A stretch of 64,000 nt of DNA, taken from Clostridia bacterium. Its GTDB lineage: Bacteria > Bacillota > Clostridia > Christensenellales > CAG-138. Positions within the stretch are counted from its first letter, which is position 1. Each line of letters starts with the position of its first letter. The stretch lies in the NCBI GenBank assembly GCA_017525875.1, contig JAFXSG010000001.1:77699-141698 (forward strand). Reading direction: 5' to 3'. Below, piece after piece: positions 19,015 to 29,362 of this stretch. The position numbers were made by a program, and so were the translations under genes. The notes beneath the pieces are model-generated. The model did not search any database, was not told where the DNA came from, and was given only the letters and a program-made list of their open reading frames with translations.

Positions 19015-20805
19015 ATGGAATCGGCTAATGACAATAAAACCGAAAAGGCGTTTTTCAGCTCACTGAAAACGCTCGCGAAAAGAAAGCGCGATGGCAGCCT
19101 TGGGGAGATAATCGACGACTGGCGATGGATCTTTACCTACACCAGGCGCCACAGGCTTGCCGTTGTGTTCTATACCGTCCTCGGCATACTCAGCACGACG
19201 ATGGGGCTCGTTGCGAGCGTTGCGGGCAAGTACATGATCGATATCATCACCGGCCGCCAGACCTCCAAGCTCGGTCTGATGATCGCGGTGATGCTCGGCA
19301 GCGCGGCGTTCAGCCTCCTGTTCTCGAACCTGATCAGCAGGCTTTCGGCGAAGATCAGCATCCGCATCAACAACGATATCCAGGCGGATATCTTCGACCA
19401 GATAATCGACGTGGACTGGAAGGCAATCAGCGAGTACTCGAGCGGCGACCTTATCAACCGCTTCAACGGCGACGTCAGCACGGTCAGCAAGAACGCGATC
19501 AGCTGGCTCCCTACCATTATAATAACTATCTACAGCTTCGTCGTTACCTTCGCCGTGATCTGGCATTACAACAAGGTGATGTCGCTGCTCGCCTTTGCCA
19601 GCGCTCCTGTGATGCTGGTCATGAGCAAGTATTTCATCAACAAGCAGCGGGAATACGCGAAAAAGGTCCGCGAGACCGGCAGCGAGATGATGGGCTTCGA
19701 AGTGGAGACCTTCTATAATTTCGATACTATCAAGTCCTTCGGCATCATGGAGAGCTACGGGCGAAAACTACGCCAATGGCAGGAGAAGCTCAAAACACTG
19801 AGCCTTGCCTACAACCTCTTTACGATCAAGACGAACGTCTTCATGTCCGTCCTCGGGATGATCGTTCAGTACGCGGCTTTCGGTTACTGCCTGTTCCTTC
19901 TCTGGACGGGGCAGATAACCTTCGGCACGATGCAGCTGTTCCTTGACCAGCGTGTGAAGCTCTCGTCCGCATTCAACAACGTGGTCGGCATCATACCGTC
20001 GTTCCTTGCAAGCTCCGTCTCCGCCCACCGCATCAGGGAACTGATCGATCTCCCGCGCGAAAAGCATATCCCGGAAAGCAGTAAACTCAGGGAGCTTGAA
20101 AACGACGGGTTCGAGGTCAGGATGGACGGTGTGAACTTCGCTTACGTGAAGGAAAAGCAGGTCATCATCGATTCCGCCTTCCGCGCAGCCCCTGGCGAGA
20201 TCGTTGCGATCATCGGCCCGTCCGGCGAGGGCAAGACCACGCTGATCCGCCTTATCCTCGGCCTGATCCATCCGGATTCCGGCACCTGCTTCCTGCGTGC
20301 TTCGGATGGGAGCGAGGTGGAGATGAATGCCGACAGCCGCTCGATGTTCTCATACGTTCCGCAGGGCAACACGATCCTCTCGGGCACCATCGCCGAGAAT
20401 ATGCGCCTCGTTCGCGAGGATGCGACGGATGAGGAGATCATAAACGCTCTTAAGGTCGCCTGCGCATGGGATTTCGTCTCGCGAAACCCCGCAGGGATAA
20501 ACGCAAAGGTCGGCGAGCGCGGCCGCGGTTTTTCGGAAGGCCAGGCTCAGCGCCTTGCAATAGCGCGCGCCGTGCTGCGCGACGCACCGATCCTGCTGCT
20601 CGACGAGGCCACCTCGGCTCTCGATGTCGAGACGGAACGTAACGTCCTGCGCAATATCATAAAGCAGCGGCCGAACAAGACCTGCATCGTCACGACCCAC
20701 CGCCCGACGGTGCTCAGCCTTTGCAAGCGCGTCTACCGCGTGGTGAAGGGCACGGTAACGGAGCTGGACGAAGACGAATCCGCAAAGAGCGTCATGGATT
20801 TCTGA
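19015..20805 (+). CDS. ABC exporter, fused permease/ATPase
   Basis: TM domain, Walker A GPSGEGKTT, FSEGQAQRLAIARA signature and LLLDEATSALD. Confidence 0.92.
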   Translation: MESANDNKTEKAFFSSLKTLAKRKRDGSLGEIIDDWRWIFTYTRRHRLAVVFYTVLGILSTTMGLVASVAGKYMIDIITGRQTSKLGLMIAVMLGSAAFSLLFSNLISRLSAKISIRINNDIQADIFDQIIDVDWKAISEYSSGDLINRFNGDVSTVSKNAISWLPTIIITIYSFVVTFAVIWHYNKVMSLLAFASAPVMLVMSKYFINKQREYAKKVRETGSEMMGFEVETFYNFDTIKSFGIMESYGRKLRQWQEKLKTLSLAYNLFTIKTNVFMSVLGMIVQYAAFGYCLFLLWTGQITFGTMQLFLDQRVKLSSAFNNVVGIIPSFLASSVSAHRIRELIDLPREKHIPESSKLRELENDGFEVRMDGVNFAYVKEKQVIIDSAFRAAPGEIVAIIGPSGEGKTTLIRLILGLIHPDSGTCFLRASDGSEVEMNADSRSMFSYVPQGNTILSGTIAENMRLVREDATDEEIINALKVACAWDFVSRNPAGINAKVGERGRGFSEGQAQRLAIARAVLRDAPILLLDEATSALDVETERNVLRNIIKQRPNKTCIVTTHRPTVLSLCKRVYRVVKGTVTELDEDESAKSVMDF

Positions 20806-20928
20806 CCCAACGGGCCGCGGATGCGGGGGTTCCGCCTACTGCAGCTTCTTTCACCCTTGAATAAATACATGGGAACGGGCATTCCCTTGAAAACGATCAC
20901 TCGGAAACGGCATACGGAGGTTTGCTGA

Positions 20929-21789
20929 ATGAAAAGACTTAGATTCGCGATAGTGATATTTTTCCTTGTGTCGGCAGTTCTGTTTGTTGCCGCCTATGTT
21001 CGCAGGAGGTATTTGACGGACAGAACGCCGCCGGTGATCACTGCGGACACGAACACACTCACCGTAAGTATCACCGCGACCGACGAGGACCTTATGAAAG
21101 GCATGACGGCGTTTGACAATATCGACGGGGATGTAACTTCAAAGCTCGTCGTGGTGTCAAGGAGCAAGTTCATTGAGAAAGGCGTCATCCACGTCAATTA
21201 TGCCGCGTTCGACAGCAGCCGCAACGTGGGCACTAAGGTCAGGACGGTGACTTTTGAGGACTACGTTTCGCCGAGGTTCCATCTTTACGCTCCGCTTCGC
21301 TTCCCGACGGGGAGCTCCGGCATCGATTATTTGGAAAATATCACCGCCGAGGACTGCATCGACGGCAATCTCAACTCGCAGATAAAGATCAGCCTGGGTC
21401 AGACGACGGCTGTCAGCGAAGCCGCTACAAAGCAGAAAATGGATATCCAGGTCACGAACAGCTGCGGAGACAACGCCGTGCTCGAGCTGACCGTCAGCAA
21501 TGAGAATTACGCGTCATACAGCACTCCCTCGCCGGCATTGCGCGAATACATCGCATACGTGGAAAAGGACGGGAGGATTAGCCTGACCTCCTATATTTCG
21601 GGCATCTGGACCGCGGGTACTGCGCGAGGCTTCGAGAATTCAGGCTTTGACCCGGCACGGGATATCAGCATCGATGAAAACGGTCTGGACGTCAGCACCC
21701 CGGGCGTTTACACCGTCACCTATCAGCTTTTCAACACCGCCAGAGAACCGCTCGGCACTGCTGAGCTGATCGTAATTGTGGAGGATTGA
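20929..21789 (+). CDS. Membrane-anchored protein with Ig-like repeats
   Basis: N-terminal TM; DRTPPVI, AFDNIDGDVTSKL, AEDCIDGNLN and TPGVYTVTY motifs. Confidence 0.7.
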   Translation: MKRLRFAIVIFFLVSAVLFVAAYVRRRYLTDRTPPVITADTNTLTVSITATDEDLMKGMTAFDNIDGDVTSKLVVVSRSKFIEKGVIHVNYAAFDSSRNVGTKVRTVTFEDYVSPRFHLYAPLRFPTGSSGIDYLENITAEDCIDGNLNSQIKISLGQTTAVSEAATKQKMDIQVTNSCGDNAVLELTVSNENYASYSTPSPALREYIAYVEKDGRISLTSYISGIWTAGTARGFENSGFDPARDISIDENGLDVSTPGVYTVTYQLFNTAREPLGTAELIVIVED

Positions 21790-21791
21790 AT

Positions 21792-23375
21792 ATGGAGACA
21801 AAAACCAGCCAGACTGCCGCTAATCCGTCCATAATCGAAGGGATCAACCTGTACAGCATCGTCAGGGACGTGATCCGCAACCTGTGGGCGATCGTGCTTG
21901 GGGCCATTGCTGTCGCAATGCTTGTCAACACCTATACTCACTCCAAAATAGACAATACATATACAACAAAAGCGCTTTTCGTCGTTACCTCAAGGACTTC
22001 GGGCAACTATGCGTACAGCAATCTGAACGCCGCAACGACCGCAGCGACGAGTTATTCCAACATCCTCAACAGCAGCCTGCTCAAGAAAAAAGTCTGCGAG
22101 GATCTCGGCGTCGAAAGCTTTGACGCGACCATGTCCGCAAGCGTCGTATCCAAAACCAATCTTATGACCATCCGCGTGACGGCGGATACGCCGTGGAATG
22201 CATACAGCATCATCCGATCCGTAATGAAAAACACTGCGGAGCTTAACCAATATGTCTCAAAAGATATGGTCATGGAAGTGCTGCAGGCGCCTGCGGTCCC
22301 CACCGGCGCAGATACCACTTCGAGGACCTCGCGCCGCCAAATGATCCGCGCAGCGCTGATTTCGGGAGTTGTATTGACAGCTGCGTTCATGTTCCTTTCA
22401 TATAAAAAAGACACGATCAAGGGCGAGAACGATATCGATGAAAAGCTCGACACAACTGCGCTTGGCGTCCTTTACAACTACAACGGCAGGAAGCTCAAGA
22501 ATCTCTTCCGCAAAAAGAAGAATAAACTGCTGGTAACGGAGGTCTCGGCAGGCTTCGAATTTGTAGAGCGTTTTAAGAAGATCGCAGCCCTGATCTCAAC
22601 AAAGGCGCAGAAGAGCGGGGCACAGGTAATACTCATAACCAGCGTCTGCGAGCATGAAGGCAAATCCACCGTCTCCGCAAACCTTGCGCTGTCGCTTGCG
22701 CAGCAGGCACATAAGGTACTGCTGATCGACGGCGACCTCAGAAGGCCGACGCTGAACAGCCTGCTCGACGAGAAAGGCGAGTTCAAAACCGCGAAGCCTT
22801 CCGAACTGCTCGAGAACCCGATCGACCTGATTAACAGCATCCAATATGATAAAAAACGTAAACTGTGGATCATGCTCAGCGATAAAAAGTATTCAAATTC
22901 CACGGATATAGTTTCCTCCGCAAACATGAGCCTGCTCATTGAGGAGGCAAGGAGCATTTTTGAGTTCGTGATCATTGACTCGCCGCCTATGTCGCTGATG
23001 GCGGATGCGGAAGTATTTGCGGACATTGCCGACATGAGCATTCTCGTAGTCAAATACGATATGGTGCTCGCGCAGGATCTTAACGACGCAATCGATTCGC
23101 TCCGCGGCTGCCATGCTCAGTTTATCGGCTGCATCCTTAATCAGGTGCGCTCGCTGCCCGGCGAACGCAAAGCGGTCGTCGGCTACGGCGGTTACAGCCG
23201 ATACGGGCGTTACGGAAGATACGGGCGCTACGGAAAATACGGGCGCTACGGCAACTACGGCAACTACGGTCATTACGGCCGCTACGGGAATTACGGTCAT
23301 TACGGCAACTACGGCTATTACGGTCATTACGGTGCGCAGGCCGAGCAGACCGAGAATGACGATACCGAAGAATGA
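21792..23375 (+). CDS. Wzc-like polysaccharide co-polymerase/BY tyrosine kinase 1
   Basis: Wzz-like N-terminus with 2 TM; ITSVCEHEGKST, LLIDGDLRRP, IIDSPP; Tyr-rich tail. Confidence 0.9.
   Translation: METKTSQTAANPSIIEGINLYSIVRDVIRNLWAIVLGAIAVAMLVNTYTHSKIDNTYTTKALFVVTSRTSGNYAYSNLNAATTAATSYSNILNSSLLKKKVCEDLGVESFDATMSASVVSKTNLMTIRVTADTPWNAYSIIRSVMKNTAELNQYVSKDMVMEVLQAPAVPTGADTTSRTSRRQMIRAALISGVVLTAAFMFLSYKKDTIKGENDIDEKLDTTALGVLYNYNGRKLKNLFRKKKNKLLVTEVSAGFEFVERFKKIAALISTKAQKSGAQVILITSVCEHEGKSTVSANLALSLAQQAHKVLLIDGDLRRPTLNSLLDEKGEFKTAKPSELLENPIDLINSIQYDKKRKLWIMLSDKKYSNSTDIVSSANMSLLIEEARSIFEFVIIDSPPMSLMADAEVFADIADMSILVVKYDMVLAQDLNDAIDSLRGCHAQFIGCILNQVRSLPGERKAVVGYGGYSRYGRYGRYGRYGKYGRYGNYGNYGHYGRYGNYGHYGNYGYYGHYGAQAEQTENDDTEE
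23184..23336 (+). repeat. 9-bp coding tandem repeat (TACGGNNNN x17) encoding a (YGx)n tail
   Basis: Read directly: YGGYSRYGRYGRYGRYGKYGRYGNYGNYGHYGRYGNYGHYGNYGYYGHYGA. Confidence 0.92.
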
Positions 23376-23384
23376 GGAACTGCT

Positions 23385-24878
23385 ATGAACGAACAGCAAA
23401 TAAATGAACAAGAACCGAAAAAGCTGGACGTCACCGTCCTCATCAAGGACTTCATTCACAGCTTCAAGAGGCTTTGGATCGCCGTTATCCTGATAATTGC
23501 GGCGTCAACTGCGCTGTTTTACTTCAGAACAACGCGCAGCTATTCGCCGCGTTATGTCGCAAACGCCACTGTTGCGATCAGTCTTGTCAACGGCGGCGCT
23601 TATGCAAGCCGCAGCACGGCGGAACAGATGAGCGCTATCTTCCCGTACATCGTTTCAAGCGGTGCGCTGACGGACGTAGTCGCACAGGATCTCGGCACAA
23701 ACGGGATCCCCGGCACCGTGACCGCATCGGATATCAAGGGAACGAATCTGCTAACGATAAACGTCAGTGCATGGCATCCGGAGACAGCGTACAAAGTCCT
23801 GAAATCCGTTTTAAAGACGATGCCGGACATCGCACAATCGATAATCGGTCAGATCGAGATCGACGTCGTTGATGAGAGCGGCGTCCCGAAGGACACCGGC
23901 AAGACAGCCGTTGTAAGAGGTTCGCTCAGAAAGGGACTATTGATAGGCATTGGCGCAGCGTTTCTGCTCGTAACCGTCCGTGCGCTCCTTTACCGCACGA
24001 TCCGCAGTGAGAGCGAGCTGAGATCCGTGCTGAACGTTCCGTATCTCGGCACGCTGCCTAACTGCAAGAAAAAACACCGCAACAAGAACACGCGAACTGA
24101 GATCAACATCCTGACCGACCATAACAGAGGCGAATACGTCGAGGCAATGCGCCTCATAAGAACGCGCCTTGAGAGAAAGCTGGACGGCAAAAAGATACTG
24201 ATGGTCACAAGCTCTGTTGCCGGCGAAGGTAAATCCACGGTCTCCGCCAACCTCGCTATTTCCATGGCGCTCAAGGGTAAGCGTGTCATACTTGTGGACT
24301 GCGACCTCAGAAATCCCTCAATCGGAAAAATATTCAACGTCATAGAAAGCTGCCCAGGCCTTGCCTCCGTGCTCAACGGGACCGCGGCTGTCGAGGATGC
24401 GCTTGTTGAAGTTATGAACAATGCCGAACCGATCGGCCTCAAGCTTATGCCGGGCTCGGACAAGGCGTCTAACTCCGTTGAGATACTCAGCAGCGACGCG
24501 ATGGCCGACCTGCTCGAAAAATTAAAGGACATGGCGGATCTCGTTATCCTCGACACACCGCCTTCCGCAGTGCTGGTCGACGCGGCAATGCTCGTCAGGC
24601 ACGTCGATGCGATCGCATACGTTATCATGAGCGATTATGCGCGCCGCCGCTATATCATCGACGGTATCGAAGAGCTCACGAGCGGCGGAGCGCCGCTTGC
24701 AGGCTGCATCCTGAACGGAGGTCAGTCCAATACGAGCAAAGGCTATTACGGCTACTATGGCCGCTACGGTCACTACGGTCATTACAGCGGCTATGGCTAC
24801 CGCGGCTACGGCTACGGTTACGGGTACGGCTACGGCAGTGACCGTAAATCCCGCGGCAAAAAGAACACGAACGAATAA
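23385..24878 (+). CDS. Wzc-like co-polymerase/BY tyrosine kinase 2
   Basis: VTSSVAGEGKST, LVDCDLRNP, ILDTPP motifs; GY-rich tail. Confidence 0.9.
   Translation: MNEQQINEQEPKKLDVTVLIKDFIHSFKRLWIAVILIIAASTALFYFRTTRSYSPRYVANATVAISLVNGGAYASRSTAEQMSAIFPYIVSSGALTDVVAQDLGTNGIPGTVTASDIKGTNLLTINVSAWHPETAYKVLKSVLKTMPDIAQSIIGQIEIDVVDESGVPKDTGKTAVVRGSLRKGLLIGIGAAFLLVTVRALLYRTIRSESELRSVLNVPYLGTLPNCKKKHRNKNTRTEINILTDHNRGEYVEAMRLIRTRLERKLDGKKILMVTSSVAGEGKSTVSANLAISMALKGKRVILVDCDLRNPSIGKIFNVIESCPGLASVLNGTAAVEDALVEVMNNAEPIGLKLMPGSDKASNSVEILSSDAMADLLEKLKDMADLVILDTPPSAVLVDAAMLVRHVDAIAYVIMSDYARRRYIIDGIEELTSGGAPLAGCILNGGQSNTSKGYYGYYGRYGHYGHYSGYGYRGYGYGYGYGYGSDRKSRGKKNTNE
24741..24837 (+). repeat. Coding (GY)n/(YGx)n repeat forming the second Tyr cluster
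   Basis: GYYGYYGRYGHYGHYSGYGYRGYGYGYGYGYG. Confidence 0.88.
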
Positions 24879-24938
24879 CACGGCAGCATAAGCCGCGGAG
24901 AACAGCCGGCGGCAATTCTGCGTAAATGGGTTAGCAGG

Positions 24939-26039
24939 ATGACTCTACATAACTTATGGTTGCTCTTGATATGGCCGTTATTGTTCGGCGGTGTCAGCGC
25001 AGTTCTGATCCCGAAGCGTGAGGAATACGTGCTCGGGCAGAAGAAAACGCGCTGGCACTGGATCCCTGCGCTCATTCTCGTTTTGCCGTTCATTATTTGG
25101 GCTGCATGGAGGTCAAATGCTTTCGGAGATACCGCGGCATACAGACAGCAGTTTTTGAATGCTCCCGCATCGTTCTCGAATCTGGTATCGTATGTTTCGG
25201 GCCGCACGAAGGACAGGGGCTACTCTTTGCTCGTGGTCGTGTTCAAAACCCTGGTCTCCCGCTCCGACGTTTTTTTCTTCTTATTTATCGCGGCGGTACA
25301 GATGATATGCCTTGCGGCGATGTATCGTAAGTATTCGGAGGATTACTGGCTGAGCATCTTCCTTTTCATCGCGTCCACGGACTATATCTCCTGGATGCAC
25401 AACGGCATGAGGCAGTTTATCGCCGCGGCCATACTTTTTGCCAGTATACCTTTGATTATCAAAGGGAAATACATTCCGATGCTGATAATTGCGGTTTTGG
25501 CGACACAGATACACTTGTCCGCGCTGATATTCCTTCCGTTTATTTTCGTTATCAATGGCAGAGCATGGAATTGGAGGACTGTCCTTTTCATAGTCGGCAT
25601 ACTGGTATCGGTCGTTTTTATCGACAGGATCACGGGCATTATCACAAATGCAATGAAGGATACCGCGTACAGCAGCGAGATCCAACAGCTCATCAACGAC
25701 GACGGAGTAAACCTGTTCCGCGCCCTGTTTTACTCCGTGCCGGCAGTGCTCTCATTCGCATTCCGGAGCAATCTTGACAAGGCGAACGATCCTATGATAA
25801 ACATGTGCGCGAATCTTTCCGTTATCGGAATGGGCTTCTATGTTTTCGCCTACTTTACGAGCGGCATACTTATCGGACGGCTTCCGATCTATTTTACGCT
25901 TGCGAACTATATCCTTATTCCGTGGCTGATAAAGAATGTATTCAATAAGGGCTCGGCATTCTTTATCCGGGCGTGCTTTATCGGAGTCTACAGTTTTTTC
26001 TTCTACTACCAGATGAGCATCAGCTGGGGACTCATGTAA
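24939..26039 (+). CDS. EpsG-family (Wzy-like) polysaccharide polymerase
   Basis: Multi-TM; GDTAAY, NGMRQFIA, IHLSALIF and GRLPIYF motifs. Confidence 0.85.
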   Translation: MTLHNLWLLLIWPLLFGGVSAVLIPKREEYVLGQKKTRWHWIPALILVLPFIIWAAWRSNAFGDTAAYRQQFLNAPASFSNLVSYVSGRTKDRGYSLLVVVFKTLVSRSDVFFFLFIAAVQMICLAAMYRKYSEDYWLSIFLFIASTDYISWMHNGMRQFIAAAILFASIPLIIKGKYIPMLIIAVLATQIHLSALIFLPFIFVINGRAWNWRTVLFIVGILVSVVFIDRITGIITNAMKDTAYSSEIQQLINDDGVNLFRALFYSVPAVLSFAFRSNLDKANDPMINMCANLSVIGMGFYVFAYFTSGILIGRLPIYFTLANYILIPWLIKNVFNKGSAFFIRACFIGVYSFFFYYQMSISWGLM

Positions 26040-26069
26040 CAGAATCTGACAGCTCCAAGGAGGATCTTT

Positions 26070-26468
26070 ATGAAAAGAGTTATAACTTACGGAACATTCG
26101 ACCTTATCCATTACGGGCATATCAATCTGCTTCGCAGGGCGAAAGCGCTGGGAGACTATTTGATAGTAGGCCTTTCCACCGACGAATTCAACTGGAACGA
26201 AAAGCATAAGGTCAGCTTTTTCAGCTATGAGCAGCGCAAAGAGCTGCTTGAGGCGATAAGGTACGTCGATCTTGTGATACCCGAGGAGAACTGGGATCAA
26301 AAATCGAAGGACGTAAAGGAGTACCATATCGATACTTTTGTTATCGGCGACGACTGGAAAGGGAAATTCGATTTTCTTAAGGAGGACTGTGAAGTGGTCT
26401 ATCTCCCGAGGACTCCCGAAATATCAACTTCCCAAATCAAAGCGGAACTGAAGGGATCGGATAATTGA
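26070..26468 (+). CDS. tagD: Glycerol-3-phosphate cytidylyltransferase
   Basis: TYGTFDLIHYGH and RTPEISTSQIK motifs. Confidence 0.95.
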   Translation: MKRVITYGTFDLIHYGHINLLRRAKALGDYLIVGLSTDEFNWNEKHKVSFFSYEQRKELLEAIRYVDLVIPEENWDQKSKDVKEYHIDTFVIGDDWKGKFDFLKEDCEVVYLPRTPEISTSQIKAELKGSDN

Positions 26469-27343
26469 TGGATACGGTATTAAGGCGTCTGCAGCTTACT
26501 CAATTGGAAATACTGAAAGTTGCGGATGAGTTCTGCAGAAAACACGGGATAAAGTATTCGTTGTATGCCGGGTCTCTTTTGGGGGCGGTGCGCCATCAGG
26601 GCTTCATTCCATGGGATGACGACCTTGATATTTGTATGGCCAGATCGGAATATGAGAGGTTTCTCAGCGCCTGGGCGTCCGACCCGCAGGATGGGTATGT
26701 ACTGCAGAACAAGGAGACCGAGCGCGGGTTCTCACAGTCGTTCACAAAGATAAGGAAGGAGCATACCTGCTTCCTTCAGGATATAGATGCCCCGGACAAG
26801 TATTATACGGGCATTTTCCTGGACGTTTTCCCGATAGACAGGCTTCCGGAAAAAGCATTGAAAAGGAAGCTCTTCAGGTGGGACTGCCTGCGCTATCAGC
26901 TGCTTACCCGGGAGTTTGTTCCGCCAAAGGGCAGCTTTGTTCAGAAAACGGTCGCAAGGGCGATCCTTATGACTACTCCGAAAAGGAAACGCCCCGAAAT
27001 AAGAAAAAAGTATTTGGCAAGGATCACAAGATACAAGGAGCTTACAAACACTCCGACGATCGCGATAGAGACTTTCAATACGATCCGCTGCGACCTTCCG
27101 AGTGATCTGCTGGATCGATACACGACGCTTCGTTTTGAAGACGGAGAATACATGTGTTTCGAAGCATGGGACGAGTATCTTACTCATAAATACGGGGACT
27201 ATATGCAGCTCCCTCCCGAAGAGGACAGAGCGTGGAAGCATCATCCCATATTGATAGACTTCGAGCGCGGGTATGACGAGATAGCAAAGGAAAACAGAAC
27301 GTCGGGCGCAGTGAACGCAGAGGGAACAAATTCGGTCGATTGA
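26468..27343 (+). CDS. LicD-family phosphotransferase
   Basis: GSLLGAVRHQGFIPWDDDLDI, IFLDVFPID and YGDYMQLPP motifs. Confidence 0.92.
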   Translation: MDTVLRRLQLTQLEILKVADEFCRKHGIKYSLYAGSLLGAVRHQGFIPWDDDLDICMARSEYERFLSAWASDPQDGYVLQNKETERGFSQSFTKIRKEHTCFLQDIDAPDKYYTGIFLDVFPIDRLPEKALKRKLFRWDCLRYQLLTREFVPPKGSFVQKTVARAILMTTPKRKRPEIRKKYLARITRYKELTNTPTIAIETFNTIRCDLPSDLLDRYTTLRFEDGEYMCFEAWDEYLTHKYGDYMQLPPEEDRAWKHHPILIDFERGYDEIAKENRTSGAVNAEGTNSVD

Positions 27344-27357
27344 GGGAGAAAACGGAG

Positions 27358-28482
27358 ATGAACGAACAGCCGATCAGGGTACTTCAGGTGATCGGTATCA
27401 TGAACAGGGGCGGGGCGGAAACGATGGTCCTGAATCTGTATCGCAATATCGACAGGAGCAGAGTGCAGTTCGATTTTGTTGAGAACGAGACCGAACAGCC
27501 CGCTGTATTCGATCAGGAGATCCTATCGCTCGGCGGGCGGATATACCACTGCCCGAAATTCGTCGGCAAAAATATCATCCGCTACAAAAAATGGTGGGAT
27601 GATTTCTTCCGCGAGCATTCCGGAGAGTATAAGGTCGTTCACGGGCACATCGGCAGTACAGCAGCCATTTATCTTAAAGCTGCAAAAAAACACGGGATGT
27701 ACACGATAGCTCACAGCCATGGAAAGAACGGCGTGAAGAGCTTCAGGACTTCCGCGTATCAGCTTATTTCATACAGAACGAGATTCATTGCCGATTTCTT
27801 TTTCGGTTGTTCTGCAATAGCCGGAGAGGACAGGTTCGGCAAAAAGGTCGTTGGATCAGACAGATACAGGATATTCAATAACGCAGTTGACGTGGAGAGA
27901 TTCAAATACGATCCGGATCTAAGAACCGCCGTGCGCGAAAAACTCGGAGTTCGCGAAGAAGAATACGTAATAGGCCATGTCGGCAGATTCGATTCGGCAA
28001 AAAACCAGATCTATTTGATAGAGATCTTTAACGAGATCAATAAAAAGCGTAAAGACGTCAGGCTGATACTTGTCGGCGACGGCTCCGCGAGGGAGAAGGT
28101 CCAGCTCAGAGCCGAAGAACTTGGGCTGACGGACCGGATCATGTTCCTCGGAATACGATCCGATGTTCCGGATCTGCTGCAGGCTATGGATATTATGGTA
28201 TTCCCGTCTAAAAACGAAGGCTTGCCGGTAACGCTCGTGGAGGCTCAGGCTTCGGGGCTGGCGTGCGTTATTTCGGATGGAGTGCCGGCAGATTCCATAA
28301 TTGCTAAGGATCTGGTTACCGTCTGCAGTTTGAAGGATTCTCCCGAGATATGGGCCGATCATGTTATATCCAAATTAGGAGAAGAAAGACGGGATCATAG
28401 CTGCGATGTTGCCGAAGCGGGATTCGATATCAAACAGACCGCAAAGTGGATCGAGGAGTTTTATATTGAAAAAAGCAAATGA
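27358..28482 (+). CDS. GT4 glycosyltransferase (EpsF-like)
   Basis: MNRGGAET, GHVGRF..KNQ and EGLPVTLVEAQ motifs. Confidence 0.9.
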   Translation: MNEQPIRVLQVIGIMNRGGAETMVLNLYRNIDRSRVQFDFVENETEQPAVFDQEILSLGGRIYHCPKFVGKNIIRYKKWWDDFFREHSGEYKVVHGHIGSTAAIYLKAAKKHGMYTIAHSHGKNGVKSFRTSAYQLISYRTRFIADFFFGCSAIAGEDRFGKKVVGSDRYRIFNNAVDVERFKYDPDLRTAVREKLGVREEEYVIGHVGRFDSAKNQIYLIEIFNEINKKRKDVRLILVGDGSAREKVQLRAEELGLTDRIMFLGIRSDVPDLLQAMDIMVFPSKNEGLPVTLVEAQASGLACVISDGVPADSIIAKDLVTVCSLKDSPEIWADHVISKLGEERRDHSCDVAEAGFDIKQTAKWIEEFYIEKSK

Positions 28483-29362
28483 GAATATAATACTGACGGT
28501 TTTTACTCCTGCGTACAACAGGGCGCATACGCTTCCCCGAACGTACGAATCGCTGCTTTCTCAGAAAAACAAGGGGTTTATTTGGCTGATAGTCGATGAC
28601 GGTTCGACTGACAGCACGAGCGAGCTTGTTCGGGACTGGCAGAGAAGAGAAAACGGATTCGAGATAAGATACATATATAAACAGAACGGCGGTATGCATA
28701 CCGCCCATAACACAGCGTACGAAAGCATCGATACTGAACTCAACGTATGCATTGATTCTGACGATGCGCTCGGGGAGGATGCGGTAGAGAAGATCCTGAA
28801 CAAATGGGAAGAGGTCAAGGATAAGGGCTATGCCGGAATAATCGGTCTTGACGCAGACTTTTCCGGAAAAATAATCGGGAAGGGTTTCCCGGAAGGCATG
28901 ACCGAAACCACTGTGATTGGCTACTACGCATCGGACGGTAGCGGCGACAAGAAGCTGGTGTACAGAACGGAAATAATCAACAAGTATCCGCCTTATCCGG
29001 TCTTCGAGGGGGAAAAATATGTGTCCCTGTCTTATAAATACCGGCTTATCGATCAGGAATATAAAATGGCCGTTCTTAACGAGATACTGTGCAATGTTGA
29101 ATATCAGGCCGACGGCTCATCAAAAAACATGTTAAAGCAGTATCTGCGCAATCCGAAGGGCTTTGCATTCTGGCGAAAGGTCTGCATGCAGTATCCGACG
29201 AGCACGAAAAGGATGATCATCGACTGCGTGCATTACGTTTCAAGCAGCATACTCGCAAAGAATAAAAGATTCATAGCCGAGTCTCCGAAGAAAATGCTTT
29301 CGGTACTTGCGATAATACCGGGTTTGCTGTTATCTGCTTATATAAGGATTAAGTGCAAATGA
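28466..29362 (+). CDS. GT2 glycosyltransferase
   Basis: VFTPAYNRA, IVDDGSTD and IDSDD motifs; TTG start after GAGGAG. Confidence 0.9.
   Translation: MKKANENIILTVFTPAYNRAHTLPRTYESLLSQKNKGFIWLIVDDGSTDSTSELVRDWQRRENGFEIRYIYKQNGGMHTAHNTAYESIDTELNVCIDSDDALGEDAVEKILNKWEEVKDKGYAGIIGLDADFSGKIIGKGFPEGMTETTVIGYYASDGSGDKKLVYRTEIINKYPPYPVFEGEKYVSLSYKYRLIDQEYKMAVLNEILCNVEYQADGSSKNMLKQYLRNPKGFAFWRKVCMQYPTSTKRMIIDCVHYVSSSILAKNKRFIAESPKKMLSVLAIIPGLLLSAYIRIKCK

Noticed and set aside
8218-20805. Canonical lasso peptide or PQQ biosynthesis cluster
   Set aside because: No asparagine-synthetase-like cyclase, transglutaminase-like B2 peptidase or PqqB/C/E is visible.
23184-23336. Short-period repeat as a CRISPR array or non-coding satellite
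   Set aside because: It has a 9-bp period, lies in frame in a kinase tail, has no spacers, and no cas genes are present.
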